Positions 13,391 to 22,783 of a stretch of DNA of 26,300 nucleotides are shown here, in pieces. Origin of the DNA: Eledone cirrhosa (taxonomy: Eukaryota). Under the pieces are notes generated by a model. It made no database searches. It had not been told where the DNA came from and was given only the letters and a program-made list of their open reading frames with translations. Both the position numbers and the translations under genes were made by a program. Within the stretch, counting starts at the first letter, position 1. Each line of letters opens with the position of its first letter. The stretch covers positions 1 to 26,300 of the forward strand of contig CAXHJY010000243.1 in NCBI GenBank assembly GCA_964016885.1. Direction: 5' to 3'.

Positions 13391-13727
13391 GAGTATATGT
13401 TGGTTGTATACCAACACCTCAGTATGCAGGCTGAAGCACTCGACGAAGTGCGCAGGTTGGTTTGGTTACTCCGGAGTAATGTAAAATAAAGTTAAATAAA
13501 AAGTCAAATGTTTAAAATTTAGCTTCGTTTATTACTGCTATATATATTTCAGTGACAGCCATCTTTGGCTGTGACCTCTTCAGGCAGTCCGAATTAGTGT
13601 GGTATAGACAAGTACATATGTTGTTGAGGTGTATAATATTGTCAATACTCTGATATGCCCAGTTCCTGGTTGGGTTGTTGTTTCACTGAGGAACTGAAAT
13701 CATGACTTTTTATTTAACTTTATTTTA
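13388..13727 (-). mobile_element. Small non-autonomous Penelope-like (pLTR) element with hammerhead and partial inverted end
   Basis: Contains a hammerhead motif. A 25-bp perfect inverted repeat lies at 13482-13506/13703-13727. Flanked by (TA)/(GA) microsatellites. Confidence 0.6.
13534..13588 (-). ncRNA. Minimal type I hammerhead ribozyme
   Basis: - strand: ACTGC-CTGAAGA-GGTCACAGCCA-AAGA-TGGCTGTCACT-GAAA-TATATATA-GCAGT. Perfect 5-bp stem I, long stem II, palindromic stem III region. Confidence 0.8.
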
Positions 13728-13731
13728 TATA

Positions 13732-13777
<46 letters not shown>

Positions 13778-14049
13778 GTGGAAGAGGAATGAAGTTTTCT
13801 ATAGAAAACTAGTGAGAAACTCTCGTTGGTAATCTAAGCCATGAACCACATTTGATTTCTCGTTTTGGATATTATATTTACATATAACCTTGAAAAAACC
13901 TCGAATGTCACAGAAAAGGAAAGCAAAGTCGAAGGATATTTTTGTTATGAATTTAAACAAAAAACAGTGATATCTGACATTTACTTCTATTTCATCGCTG
14001 TTGGAAGTTATTAAATAAAATTAATCTATCATTTAGATATTTTAAACGA

Positions 14050-14132
14050 GTGAAGGCGCATGTCTTAGTGGTTAGAGCATTGGGCTTACAATCGTGAGGT
14101 TGTGAGTTCGATTCCTGGGACCGAGCGGTGTG
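14050..14132 (+). mobile_element. tRNA-like head of CORE-like SINE family B (part of a 135-bp tandem duplication)
   Basis: GTGAAGGCGCATGTCTTAGTGGTTAGAGC (A box) ... GAGTTCGATTCC (B box). Confidence 0.8.
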
Positions 14133-14184
14133 CTGTTTTAAATTATTAAATAAAATTAATCTATCATTTAGATATTTTAAACGA

Positions 14185-14386
14185 GTGAAGGCGCATGTGT
14201 TAGTTGTTAGAGCATTGGAATTACGGTCGTGAGGTTGTGAGTTCGAATCCCGGACCGGGTGGTGTGTTGTGCGCTTGAGCAAGGCACTTAATTTCACGTT
14301 GCTCCAGATCACTCAGCTGTAAAAATGAGTTGGGTCATCACTGGTGCCAAGCTACATCTCCCTTTGTCTGTCGCTTGGACAGCATC
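14185..14386 (+). mobile_element. CORE-like tRNA-SINE family B, 5' part
   Basis: A and B boxes (GAGTTCGAATCCC), followed by CTTGAGCAAGGCACTTAATTTCAC, which resembles the CORE-SINE domain. Confidence 0.8.
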
Positions 14387-14456
14387 ATATATAGTGTATA
14401 CATACTGTATACATAAGGTAACATACAATGTGTGTGTATATATATATGTGTGTGTG

Positions 14457-14717
14457 TGTAAGTATGCACACGTACACACACACACATATACCTACACATA
14501 CATATATACATATGTACGAATGGGTGGTTATATTTATGTTTACGAACGAATCGAACATTATTATTAACGATCGATATAACCCATACGTACATATGTATAT
14601 ATGTATGTGTATGTATGTATATATGTGTGTGTATGTATGTATATATGTGCGTGTATGTATGTATGTATGTATATATGTGTGTGTGTGTGTGCGTGCGTGT
14701 ACGTGTGCATACTTACA
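14457..14717. repeat. Imperfect foldback built from CA/TA microsatellite arms with unique inverted anchors
   Basis: 21-bp perfect IR at 14457-14477/14697-14717 and 20-bp IR (1 mismatch) at 14506-14525/14579-14598. Confidence 0.75.
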
Positions 14718-14817
14718 TTTATGTATCAGCTGTGCTAGGGCGAGAAATAAATTGTATTTTATATATATATATATGTATACTGTACAGAATGTATATATAT
14801 ATATAGTGTATATATAA

Positions 14818-14985
14818 GTTACGACATCACTGGTACCAAGGTGTTTCGGTGGCATGGAGAGAAGAGACTGGTGTGCAAGGGCGACTGCTGGTCTTCCACA
14901 AAAACAACCTTGACAAGACTTGTGTCTCGGAAGGGAAACTTTCTAGGTGCAAACTCCATGGTCATTTGTGACCGTCGGTGGGGGG
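14818..14985 (+). mobile_element. Probable 3' part of SINE family B
   Basis: Begins with CATCACTGGTACCAAG, matching CATCACTGGTGCCAAG at ~14336. The continuation is assigned to the same family by inference. Confidence 0.55.
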
Positions 14986-15474
14986 GGGGGGGTCTTACTC
15001 TTTAATTTGAATGAGAATTTAGCGTATGTCTTATTTTAATTATTCTATTTCTTTTTTTAAATATCTGTTTTTTCCTCTATTGTAGAAATCAGATTTATTT
15101 TGTGTAAACACACAACTAATTGTTTGTGGTGAGATATTACTGTCAAATAAATGTATTACTAGATCCTCTTATATTACCGAGGCTGGGGTTATATTTCAGA
15201 GAGTGACGAAAGAAAATATCTAGGACATCCCCAACAAAAAGTCAATCTGTACAAGAACAACGTTTGAAAGTAGTTCGGATTATATGTGAAGTCACGCCGC
15301 CCCCGGTGATACCCCTGCACACAACTCTTCTTGACTCTCACACACCTGCTATCCTGATATTGCTAACATCGTGACCGATTCTTTACACTTTCTGAATTGT
15401 TTACACCAGCAACCCTCTCACCATCACATATACTCCAAATATCCACGATAATTTTTTTTTTTTTTTGCTTTCAA

Positions 15475-15657
15475 TCACAGAATATGACAAGACTAGCCAT
15501 TCGAATTACAGGTACAACTCATTTTTGCCAGCTGAGTGGACTGGAGCAACGTGAAATAAAGTGTCTTGGTCAAGGACACAACGCACCACCGGGAATCGAA
15601 CTCACAACTTCACGAGTGTAAGCCGAATACCCGAACCATAAAGCCACGCGCATTCAC
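15475..15657 (-). mobile_element. CORE-like tRNA-SINE family B copy
   Basis: - strand: GTGAATGCGCGTGGCTTTATGG ... GAGTTCGATTCCC ... CCTTGACCAAGACACTTTATTTCACGTTGCTCCAG..CACTCAGCTG..AAAAATGAGT, colinear with 14185-14330. Confidence 0.85.
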
Positions 15658-15959
15658 ATGCATACATACATATATATACACACACACATCGTCATATCTA
15701 TTGTGACGTGTGGGGACATCCATAACTCTAAAATGGCAACAGTACCACCAATGACACTTCCTTCTAATTTATTGTTTCTTCAGACAACGATAAAATATAT
15801 TACCGTACTTTTGTTTTTCGTTTTTTTACCGTTTTTCTCTTCAGATAAATATGTCGACTCTTTTTATAAAATGGCGCAAATTAGAATTGAACAGCACCGA
15901 GATAATATTTTCAAATAATCTGACAATAACGGACATGTGGTCGGTTGTGTGAATATAGT

Positions 15960-16500
15960 GATGGTGGTGGAGTGGGTGGATTGGGGGGTGGGGATTGGTG
16001 TTGGTGGAGTAGGTAAAGCAGGTGGAATAGCTGGAATGGGTGGGTCTGGGGATAAGGAGATTCCTCCCCTTCTAACACATGCTTATCTTATTATTCTGAG
16101 AAGATATACTATCCGAGAGAGAGAGAGGGGGAGGGGAGCTTGTCAAGAAGCATCTGTTGGCTGTTTTAGGGTACGTGTGAGTGGGGGGTGAGGGGGGGAG
16201 GTGCGGGCAGAGAAAGAGACAAAGTAAGAGACAGAGATGTATAAAGGGGAAGAGACAGAGATATGAGAAGGGGATAGTGAAAGAGAATGAGTGAGGAGCG
16301 AAATCAAAGAGAGAGAGATATGAGAGGGTAAAGGAGAAAGGAAGAACAAAAGAGGGTTGGAGTAAAAGAGTGAGAGGGCGAGAAAATGGGAGGAAGAGTG
16401 AGTGGGGAGGAGAAAATGAAAGGAATAGAGAGAGTGGGGGAGGAATAGAGAGAGGGGGACATAGTGAAAAAGAGAGAGAGAGAGTAAAAGAGGGAGCGGA
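15960..16500. repeat. G/purine-rich low-complexity tract
   Basis: GGTG runs followed by a long GA-rich polypurine stretch. Confidence 0.8.
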
Positions 16501-16586
16501 GGGCATCTACGGGTGACTTTGATTTGGTGTGTGGCTGTATCTTTGAGTATCTTAAGAGGGACACAATTGATAAGGAACACAGCAGC

Positions 16587-16638
16587 CAACCCATGCCAGT
16601 GTGAAGAAACGGACGTAAATCTGATGATGATGATGATG
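16587..16638 (+). mobile_element. 3' tail fragment of an RTE-type retroposon
   Basis: CCCATGCCAG...AAACGGACGTAAA followed by (GAT)n. Same tail as the - strand element ending at 17817. Confidence 0.55.
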
Positions 16639-16684
16639 GATACCAGCCATAGCTGTTATAAAGGCACAACACGAAAGGCAAAAC

Positions 16685-16745
<61 letters not shown>

Positions 16746-16746
<1 letters not shown>

Positions 16747-16897
16747 TATGGCAGGGTCGTTAGAACGTCGGATAGAATGCTTTATGGTATTCGTTCCGGT
16801 CTTCTGCTCTCAGAGTTCAAATCCCGCTGAGGTCAACTTTGCCTTTCATCCTTTCGATGTCGATAAAAGAAGTACCAGCCTAATACTGGTGTCGATT
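16746..16897 (+). mobile_element. Diverged tRNA-SINE family A copy
   Basis: TGGCAGGGTCGTTAGA (A box), GAGTTCAAATCCCGC (B box), AACTTTGCCTTTCATCCTTTCGATGTCGATAAAAGAAGTACCAG. Confidence 0.85.
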
Positions 16898-16955
16898 CTT
16901 TCTCTATATCTCTTTCTCATTTCCCCTCTCTCTCTCTCTCTTACTTCATCTCTCC

Positions 16956-16989
<34 letters not shown>

Positions 16990-17209
16990 GAAAAATATGG
17001 GGAGAAGAATACTGCATGGTTGCACATGGATAACATGTTATAAAATGAGTCCCTCATCAGTGATTTGCCAACGATCATTGGTATTTCATCGCATTAAAAA
17101 TCATATACCTCACGTTGGTGCGAAAATAACTAAAATAAGTTATTAGGACAATTGAAACGCGTAAAGCGAGTGAGACAAGTAAACAACACAGGGAAAGCTA
17201 ACCGAAGAT

Positions 17210-17285
<76 letters not shown>

Positions 17286-17470
17286 TTTACTTTGCGCGTT
17301 GTTTCTTGAATGAGAGGGACGCAGATGTGAAACAAGAGGTCGAAATGTATTTGAATGTTTATATATATATATAAGAGATGTCAACATGAATGGATCTGTT
17401 ATTTTTATCTAAAGACATTTTTTTCCATTTCCAACCCGCCCGTCCTCTCAATCTATTTTATTTCTCATTC

Positions 17471-17508
17471 TTTCTTCTGATGAAGGACTAGCGTCCGAAA
17501 CCTTAAGA
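17471..17508 (+). ncRNA. Minimal hammerhead-like motif (probably degenerate) in a Penelope pLTR-like segment
   Basis: CTGATGA (17477-17483)-A-GGAC-TAGC-GTCC-GAAA (17497-17500)-CCTTAAGA. Stems I and III are weak. Confidence 0.55.
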
Positions 17509-17592
17509 CCCTCTTCTTCCTATATCAAGCGTTAAGCTAATATATACCTTCCTGTACCGATTGTGTTGTTATTTCTGTTTACCTTTTACACG

Positions 17593-17728
17593 TCAATACT
17601 CGTCTTTTTCCATTTCTCTGAGGGTTCTAAACCCCACTATCAGGCTAAAAATTTCTTTAGTCAAAAATACCTGTGAAAGCTTATATTTCTAATTTCAAGT
17701 TCGCTCACTGTTTCAAAACATACTTACT

Positions 17729-17729
<1 letters not shown>
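17593..17729 (-). repeat. Dispersed ~136-bp repeat, copy 2
   Basis: Reverse complement of 12154-12289 with several substitutions. Confidence 0.9.
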
Positions 17730-17816
<87 letters not shown>

Positions 17817-17818
<2 letters not shown>

Positions 17819-18075
17819 TCATCATCGTTTAACGTCCATATTCCACGCTTGCATGGGTTTGGACGGGAGTTTTCCCACTTGAGGCAAGAGTGGTTGTCTT
17901 GCTCGCATAGGACTGTCTGGCGGGTTTTCTACGGCTGGATGCCCTTCCTAACACCAACCACATTTACAGTGTGGAACTGGGAAGTTTTTACCGTGTTACC
18001 TACACGGCCACATTACAGCGTGGACTGTGTGTTTTTTTGTCGTGGCACCTACACGACCTCATTTGTTTCGGCCTG
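17817..18075 (-). mobile_element. SINE/RTE-related retroposon with (GAT)n tail
   Basis: The - strand contains GGTTGGTGTTAGGAAGGGCATCCAGCCGTAGAAAA and ends CCCATGCAAGCGTGGAATATGGACGTTAAACGATGATGATG. Confidence 0.7.
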
Positions 18076-18111
18076 GATGTTGTGGTACCAAACATATATA
18101 TATATATACAT

Positions 18112-18483
18112 ACAAGTGGAAGCTTAGTAAAATCGAAGCTTTGGCTGTGAGCAAGCAAAGTCGACCTACAATATGAATGAGTTAGCAAAGCACTCAATAA
18201 GGGTAGGTCCTTAGAGTAATAGCATACGTTTAAATAGCTTGACAAATTGAACATTGTGGTAGGCAAAACCTAACACACAATACCAAAGTAACGAAAAAAC
18301 TAACAGGTTAAAAAGATACACCTGGACAAATCAAACGATATACGTTTAAAGTGTTTCTATGAATCCGAAATCAATTATCCAACTTACGTAACAGGCACGC
18401 TCGTGGTATTCCATGATCGAACGCAGGATTCATTTCATCAACAGGGATTCCGTTCTGTCAAAAATCGGAGCGGACGAGCTAAA
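18112..18483 (+). mobile_element. Possible non-autonomous Helentron-like (HINE) element
   Basis: Starts ACAAG after a TA tract. Has a 5' stem-loop AAGCTT..AAGCTT and a 3' hairpin TCCGTTCT/GGAGCGGA (18449-18474), and ends GAGCTAAA. Sub-terminal IRs are not clearly seen. Confidence 0.3.
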
Positions 18484-18851
18484 TGCTGCTGCTAATATAC
18501 ATATAGTACCAGTCTAGTACTGGATTCGATTCTTCCTCTATATCTCTTTCTCATTTTCTCTCTCTCACTTTCTATCTGTCTATGAAAGAAATCTGCTGTA
18601 CTCAGCCTGGAGAGGGATGGACTCTGCCATGCTTAAAATGCCCTAGAAATGATGTATGTCAATACAAGGCCCCTATGACTATATCTGGGATTACGAGACC
18701 ATGTATGTATGTATGAAGTTACCGATGATGTTGATCTTTTCTTCTTTTCGAGTTATAGCTACTGTCGCTGAGAGAGTGGGATTGGCTCAGTGCACAGTCT
18801 TTCGTCACTTTAAAAAAATCTTTGCGCACAGGCATTGCACGATGGAATTAA

Positions 18852-18947
18852 TTAATTGTTTCTACGTTAGGCACAAGGCCAGCAATTACCCAGTGCATTA
18901 CTGGTACTTTATTTTATCGACCCCGTAAGGATGAAAGGCAAAGTTAA
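18852..18947 (-). mobile_element. 5'-truncated tRNA-SINE family A (short variant)
   Basis: Near-identical to the 3' half of 21535-21727. Confidence 0.9.
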
Positions 18948-18982
18948 TATAATATAATAATGCTCATTCCTCCAAAGATACC

Positions 18983-19548
18983 GTTGTTGTTGGTGGTGGT
19001 GGTGGTGGTGTTGTATTGATGTTGTTGTTGGTGGTGGTGTTGTATTGATGGTGTTGGTGGTGGTGGTGGTGGTGTTGTTGTTCTATTGATGTTGGTGGTG
19101 GTGTTGTATTGATGTTGTTGGTGGTGGTGGTGTTGTATTGATGTTGTTGTTGGTGGTGGTGGTGTTGTATTGATGTTGTTGGTGGTGTTGGTGGTGTTGT
19201 ATTGATGTTGTTGGTGGTGGTGGTGGTGTTGTATTGATGTTGTTGGTGGTGGTGGTGGTGTTGTATTGATGTTGTTGGTGGTGGTGGTGGTGTTGTATTG
19301 ATGTTGTTGGTGGTGGTGGTGGTGTTGTATTGATGGTGGTGGTGGTGGTGGTGGTGGTGTTGTATTGATGTTGTTGGTGGTGGTGGTGGTGTTGTATTGA
19401 TGTTGTTGGTGGTGGTGGTGGTGTTGTATTGATGTTGTTGGTGGTGGTGGTGGTGTTGTATTGATGGTGGTGGTGGTGGTGGTGGTGTTGTATTGATGGT
19501 GGTGGTGGTGGTGGTGGTGTTGGTGGTGGTGGTGTTGTTGTTGTTGTT

Positions 19549-19579
<31 letters not shown>

Positions 19580-19782
19580 GCGGCGGCGGCGTTGTATTGA
19601 TGTTGTTGTTGTTCTATTGATGTTGGTGGTGGTGTTGTATTGATGTTGTTGTTGTTGGTGGTGGTGGTGTTGTATTGATGGTGTTGGTGGTGGTGATGTT
19701 CTATTCATGGTGTTGGTGGTGGTGATGTTGTGGTGTTGGTGGTGGTGGTTGTGTTGTTGGTGTTGGTGCTGTTGGTGGTGTT
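18983..19782. repeat. (GGT/GTT)n trinucleotide satellite punctuated by GTTGTATTGAT
   Basis: Direct reading; about 20 recurrences of the (G/C)TATTGAT spacer with variable triplet runs. Confidence 0.95.
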
Positions 19783-19893
19783 GTAGCCATATTCAGTTTC
19801 AAGGGGATATCAAATTTAGCGCGTGTCATCAAACAGCCGCTTGATGCAACAGATGGCAGAGATAGGGCCCTGTCAATGTACTGGCAGGTATTT

Positions 19894-19968
19894 TGATGAT
19901 GATGATGATGACAACGACAATAGTGATGATGACGGTGATGATGATGATGATGATGATGATGATGGTGA
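19894..19968. repeat. (GAT)n microsatellite
   Basis: Direct reading; possibly a retroposon tail. Confidence 0.85.
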
Positions 19969-20298
19969 CTACGAAGGAGAAGGGGTGGTGGAGGTTGAGA
20001 AGAAGAAAAGGAATGTGGAAAAGGTTTGGTCTGTGAATGTAAAAAGTCTTGATAACAGTCGTACATCTTAGGAAGGGGTCAATGACACTTCCCTTGAGCT
20101 TTTGTTAAGGGGGAGGGGAGGAGGAGGGGTTGGGAGGGAGGGGTATTAAAGTCTAAAACAAAATATAAACAAAACACAAAAAAAAAAGCAGGTTGAAGAA
20201 AGAAAGAAAAAAAATAATCAAAAAACAATTGAAGAAAGGAGAAAGAAAGAAGCTGAGAGTTTAATTACAATACTAAGTATATAATAACTTTAGAGGGA

Positions 20299-20340
<42 letters not shown>

Positions 20341-20460
20341 GGGGGAGTCCCCGGTTCAGTCGGGGGTAACCATAGTTAGTAAGGTACTCAAGCCCCTTTC
20401 CTGATAATTTCTTTTGAATAAACAGCTCTAGTCATCTAGAAGCCATTTCAATATTGAACT

Positions 20461-20874
20461 TTGTATATATACTGTACTAATAGGAAATCTATCATATATA
20501 AAGTAAACCCCCGGATAAACTGTAAAACTAGAAACGTAGTCTATAGCATAAGATGTACAGAGGGTACTTGCAGAAACATGACAACAACATACATAGGCGA
20601 GACAGCTCGTAGCATAGCTGAAAGGATAGACCAACACTGGGGGGAACTAAAAGGACGAAAAAACGGTTCAGTACTATACGAACATGCCAGACAACAACAC
20701 GACGGTAACATAGACAACATAGAAATTAGAATAATATCTAAACATAGAAATGACCCAGCAGATAGGCAAATCAGAGAGGCCAGTGAAATAGAACTTAGAA
20801 GGCCAAGGCTAAACAGAAAAAATGAATGGAATAACAACACCCAAACAAACAACATTGACCTAAGAGAAGTATGA
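20461..20874 (+). pseudogene. GIY-YIG endonuclease domain of a Penelope-like retroelement (5'-truncated, no RT)
   Basis: CKTRNVVYSIRC..GTC....YIGETARSIAERIDQH...SVLYEHARQQH...RQIREASEI...LNRKNEW: the VVY/YIG motifs, catalytic R, E and N, and the CCHH residues typical of PLE endonucleases. Confidence 0.92.
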
Positions 20875-21124
20875 ATAAATAAATAAATAAATATATACAC
20901 AAGCACAATAACAACAAACACATATAAACACACACTAGTAAACTAAGATAGAATACAATAACCAATACAGTCACTCAAACACGAACACACATCAAACAAA
21001 ACACTATACACACACGCAAACGCATGCGCAAAGAAGACAAAAAAAAACAACAAATAAATAAATAAATAAACAGACTAAATAAAGATGGCGTAGGCATACA
21101 ATACAACGGGAGGAAACATAATAG

Positions 21125-21168
21125 CACCACTGACGATGTTGCAGATGTGCAACGAAAGAACTTTGTTA
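21125..21168 (+). ncRNA. Hammerhead ribozyme core of the PLE pLTR
   Basis: CTGACGA (21130-21136)-T-GTTGCA-GATG-TGCAAC-GAAA (21154-21157)-GAACTT. Perfect 6-bp stem II; stem I is weak. Confidence 0.6.
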
Positions 21169-21372
21169 GACTATATATATGTATTTGTGTCTATATTATA
21201 TCTGTATTTTTGACCGTTGGTCAGTCAATGGCAACATTGAGGACCAAATAAATTAAATTAACCGATATAAAAGACACAGAAGCGAAAACCAACCAAACAG
21301 TGAGTGTGTTCTGTTATTAATTCTGGCAATATTATTACACAAATATGAACCTCCCCAAGTATAACAATATAT

Positions 21373-21438
<66 letters not shown>
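21373..21438. repeat. (GATA)n microsatellite
   Basis: Direct reading. Confidence 0.95.
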
Positions 21439-21439
<1 letters not shown>

Positions 21440-21534
21440 TATTGTTATACAGAGAGAGGGAGAGAGAGGGAGAGAGAGAGAACCGTATATGGTTGACGAA
21501 GTAGAGTTTATAATTCATAATATTAAGGCTAAAA

Positions 21535-21727
21535 GGGCGGTGGAATGGCAGTATCGGTAGAGGGTCGGACGCCATGCTTTGACACATAGAGTTACCTCCC
21601 TTTATGATCTGAGTTCAAATCCCGCCGAGGTTAACTTTGCCTTTCATCCTTACGGGGTCGATAAAATAAAGTACCAGTAATGCACTGGGATAATTGCTGG
21701 CCTTGTGCCAAAAGTAGAAACAATTAA
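21535..21727 (+). mobile_element. Full-length tRNA-SINE family A (short variant) with 13-bp TSD
   Basis: A box TGGCAGTATCGG, B box GAGTTCAAATCC, body and tail. ATTAAGGCTAAAA at 21522-21534 and 21728-21740. Confidence 0.95.
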
Positions 21728-21776
21728 ATTAAGGCTAAAAAGTGAGTCTTGTTACTCTGGAGTTTTGCCTGTTTAT

Positions 21777-22200
21777 CACTCAGCCCACCATCACTCGGCC
21801 CACCATCACTCGGCCCTCCCTCACTCGGCCCTCCCTCGTTCGGCCCTCCCTCGTTCGGCCCACCCTCGCTCGGCCCTCCCTCACTCGGCCCTCCCTCACG
21901 CGGCCCTCCATCACGCGGCCCTCCCTCGTTCGGCCCACCCTCGCTCGGCCCTCCATCACTCGGCCCTCCCTCACTCGGCCCTCCCTCGTTCGGCCCACCC
22001 TCGCTCGGCCCTCCCTCACTCGGCCCTCCCTCACTCGGCCCATCCTCACTCGGCCCACCTTCACTCAGCCCACCCTCGCTCGTCCCACCCTCGCTCAGCC
22101 CACCCTCGCCCAGCCCACCCTCGCTTAGCCCACCCTTGCTCAGCCCACCCTCACTCAGCCCACCCTCTCTCAGCCCACCCTCTCTCAGCCCTCCCTCACT
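21777..22200. repeat. 15-bp GC-rich minisatellite (CACTCGGCCCTCCCT), ~28 copies
   Basis: Constant 15-bp period; variants drift from CGG to CAG toward the right end. Confidence 0.97.
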
Positions 22201-22354
22201 TAAATAATAATACAAAAATATAAAAAGTAGTATGTGTGTGAAGAGAAATATCAAAACAAATAAGTGAGAAACGAACAAACGAAATGCCTTTGATCACATG
22301 TCAATCCTCACACTAACACCTCTCTTACGTACACATACACCCTCCTTCATTGCA

Positions 22355-22358
22355 TCTA

Positions 22359-22423
<65 letters not shown>

Positions 22424-22520
22424 TCTCTGTATGTATGTATGTATGTAGGAGAGAATAAGAATACATGAAAAGAACATCTCATTATATTACAACGCGGGTC
22501 CATTACTCCATTGCTTCATT

Positions 22521-22563
<43 letters not shown>

Positions 22564-22783
22564 CACACACACACATATATATACATACACACACGCATAT
22601 ATATATATACATACACACATACACACACACACATATATATATATACATACACACATACACACACGTATATATACACACACACACACACACACACGTATAT
22701 ACACACACGCACACACGCACGCACACACACACACGCACACACACGCACACACGCACACACACACGCACACACACACACACACA
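22355..22783. repeat. CT, TA and CA microsatellite cluster
   Basis: Direct reading. Confidence 0.9.

Larger units (their letters stand above)
20461..21260 (+). mobile_element. 3' end of Penelope-like element (EN + A/C-rich 3' UTR + pLTR); right boundary approximate
   Basis: The endonuclease ORF is followed ~255 bp later by a hammerhead core, which is the standard PLE layout. Confidence 0.8.

Noticed and set aside
14050-14260. tRNA genes
   Set aside because: A and B boxes are present but there is no clean cloverleaf; the sequence continues into a CORE-like SINE body.
17040-17170. Half hammerhead motifs: CTGATGAG on - (17053-17060) and GAAACGCGTA on + (~17154-17163)
   Set aside because: Each lacks its partner core element on the same strand; at most these are decayed pLTR remnants.
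18944-20071. His/Gln/Thr/Pro-rich and Asp-rich ORFs
   Set aside because: They are translations of trinucleotide satellites, cycling through frames at each spacer.
20339-20404. GC-rich hairpin CCCCGGTTCAGTCGGGG upstream of the GIY-YIG fragment as a ribozyme or terminator
   Set aside because: Only a short hairpin; no full ribozyme fold could be built and it does not match the downstream pLTR.
13266-21090. Isolated CCAAT-box (~13266-13275) and YY1-like AANATGGCG motifs (~15868, ~21082)
   Set aside because: Short motifs expected by chance, with no associated gene or promoter context.
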